64,000 bases of DNA, taken from an uncultured Methanoregulaceae archaeon. GTDB lineage: Archaea; Halobacteriota; Methanomicrobia; Methanomicrobiales; Methanospirillaceae. The DNA is taken from the NCBI GenBank assembly GCA_963701095.1, contig OY969564.1, positions 640,001-704,000 of the forward strand, given 5' to 3'. Made by a program: the position numbers and the translations under genes. The notes under the pieces are model-generated. The model saw nothing but the letters and a program-made list of their open reading frames with translations, did no database searches and was not told the DNA's origin. The first letter of the stretch is position 1. Every line of letters begins with the position of its first letter. Shown here piece after piece: positions 63,396 through 64,000 of this stretch.

Positions 63396-64000
63396 TTATT
63401 TTATTTTCCACGTCTCCTGTGGTTTTGTTGAAGGTTGCGCTACTGCAGCTAAATCCGCTTTCAACTGTGCAAAGTCAAAACCGGGTGCAAAACCAGGTTT
63501 CTGCGCTTCTGGCGGCAGAAGGGCGTAGGCTTCATCGACGCATTCATCCCACCAACCCCAGGTACCGTTTTGCGTATTTCCCCAAGTCAGAACGGTAACA
63601 CCATTCTGATCGTATGCAACGGCAAATACTGCGTGCCCGTCATTGGTGAGTGGACCCGGGTCCAGGGCTTATGCGACTGGAACTCTTGTTGGCAGTTTTG
63701 CTGGACCTGGAAACCCAGATAAACACCGCCAAAGAGATGAAGGGCCTGCTGTACTTCCGTGTGATTCTTTGGATCAATTTTTGCATACGCGATGAGTTCA
63801 TCACCGGAAACCCGGTTGCTCTGCCAATAATTCAGGACATCAAGTTCGTTCATGCCGCTGTCCACACCGTTGGTCAGCTGTAAATATAACTTTACTACTG
63901 CCGGTGAAGGCATAATCAACTCATTACCGACGAGCCCACGGAAAACTGTCTCTGCGTGCGCCAGAGCGGCAATGGTGCAATCCCCGTAGGTGTCGTTCCC
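63396..64000 (-). CDS. Papain-like (C1/C39-type) cysteine peptidase-like protein; partial, two frameshifts
   Basis: GNDTYGDCTIAA (Cys), then DGHAVFAVAYD...VLTWG (His), then WWDECVDEAYALL, across frames. Confidence 0.65.

Overview
Archaeal chromosomal segment from a hydrogenotrophic methanogen. Gene content (TBP, mfnD/mfnF, F420-type FdhB, PEF-CTERM proteins, many PAS kinases) fits Methanomicrobiales (Methanoregula-like); this placement is an inference. The left part (1-29.2 kb) is mostly core genes: ADP-forming acetate-CoA ligase, acs, tbp, rpiA, surE, methanofuran genes, an atypical fdhA-like/fdhB pair, an HDAC-family gene, a fluoride riboswitch with crcB-crcB-DUF190, a COG1361/ABC exporter module, and the mre11-rad50-nurA-herA operon. 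The right part (29.3-64 kb) is a mosaic accessory region. Its most striking feature is an array of at least 8 co-oriented, diverged copies of the 3' end of one unidentified protein gene (consensus ...VLADGSVVKSHDIFEADEPYASEYIKGRMAVVVPGGENVLPDDKRVRPGRPSGK(R/K/Q)*). Five copies share a sharp boundary (GTCCTCG on the minus strand). The copies separate small cargo cassettes: three toxin-antitoxin modules (one duplicated), a DHFR/RibD-like gene, a methyltransferase and surface proteins. The layout is integron-like, but there is no attC and no integrase in the window. Seven PEF-CTERM surface-protein genes plus an orphan tail share near-identical 3' tails. Around ten genes carry small frameshifts, probably mostly sequencing or assembly errors. 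No rRNA, tRNA or CRISPR array was seen.
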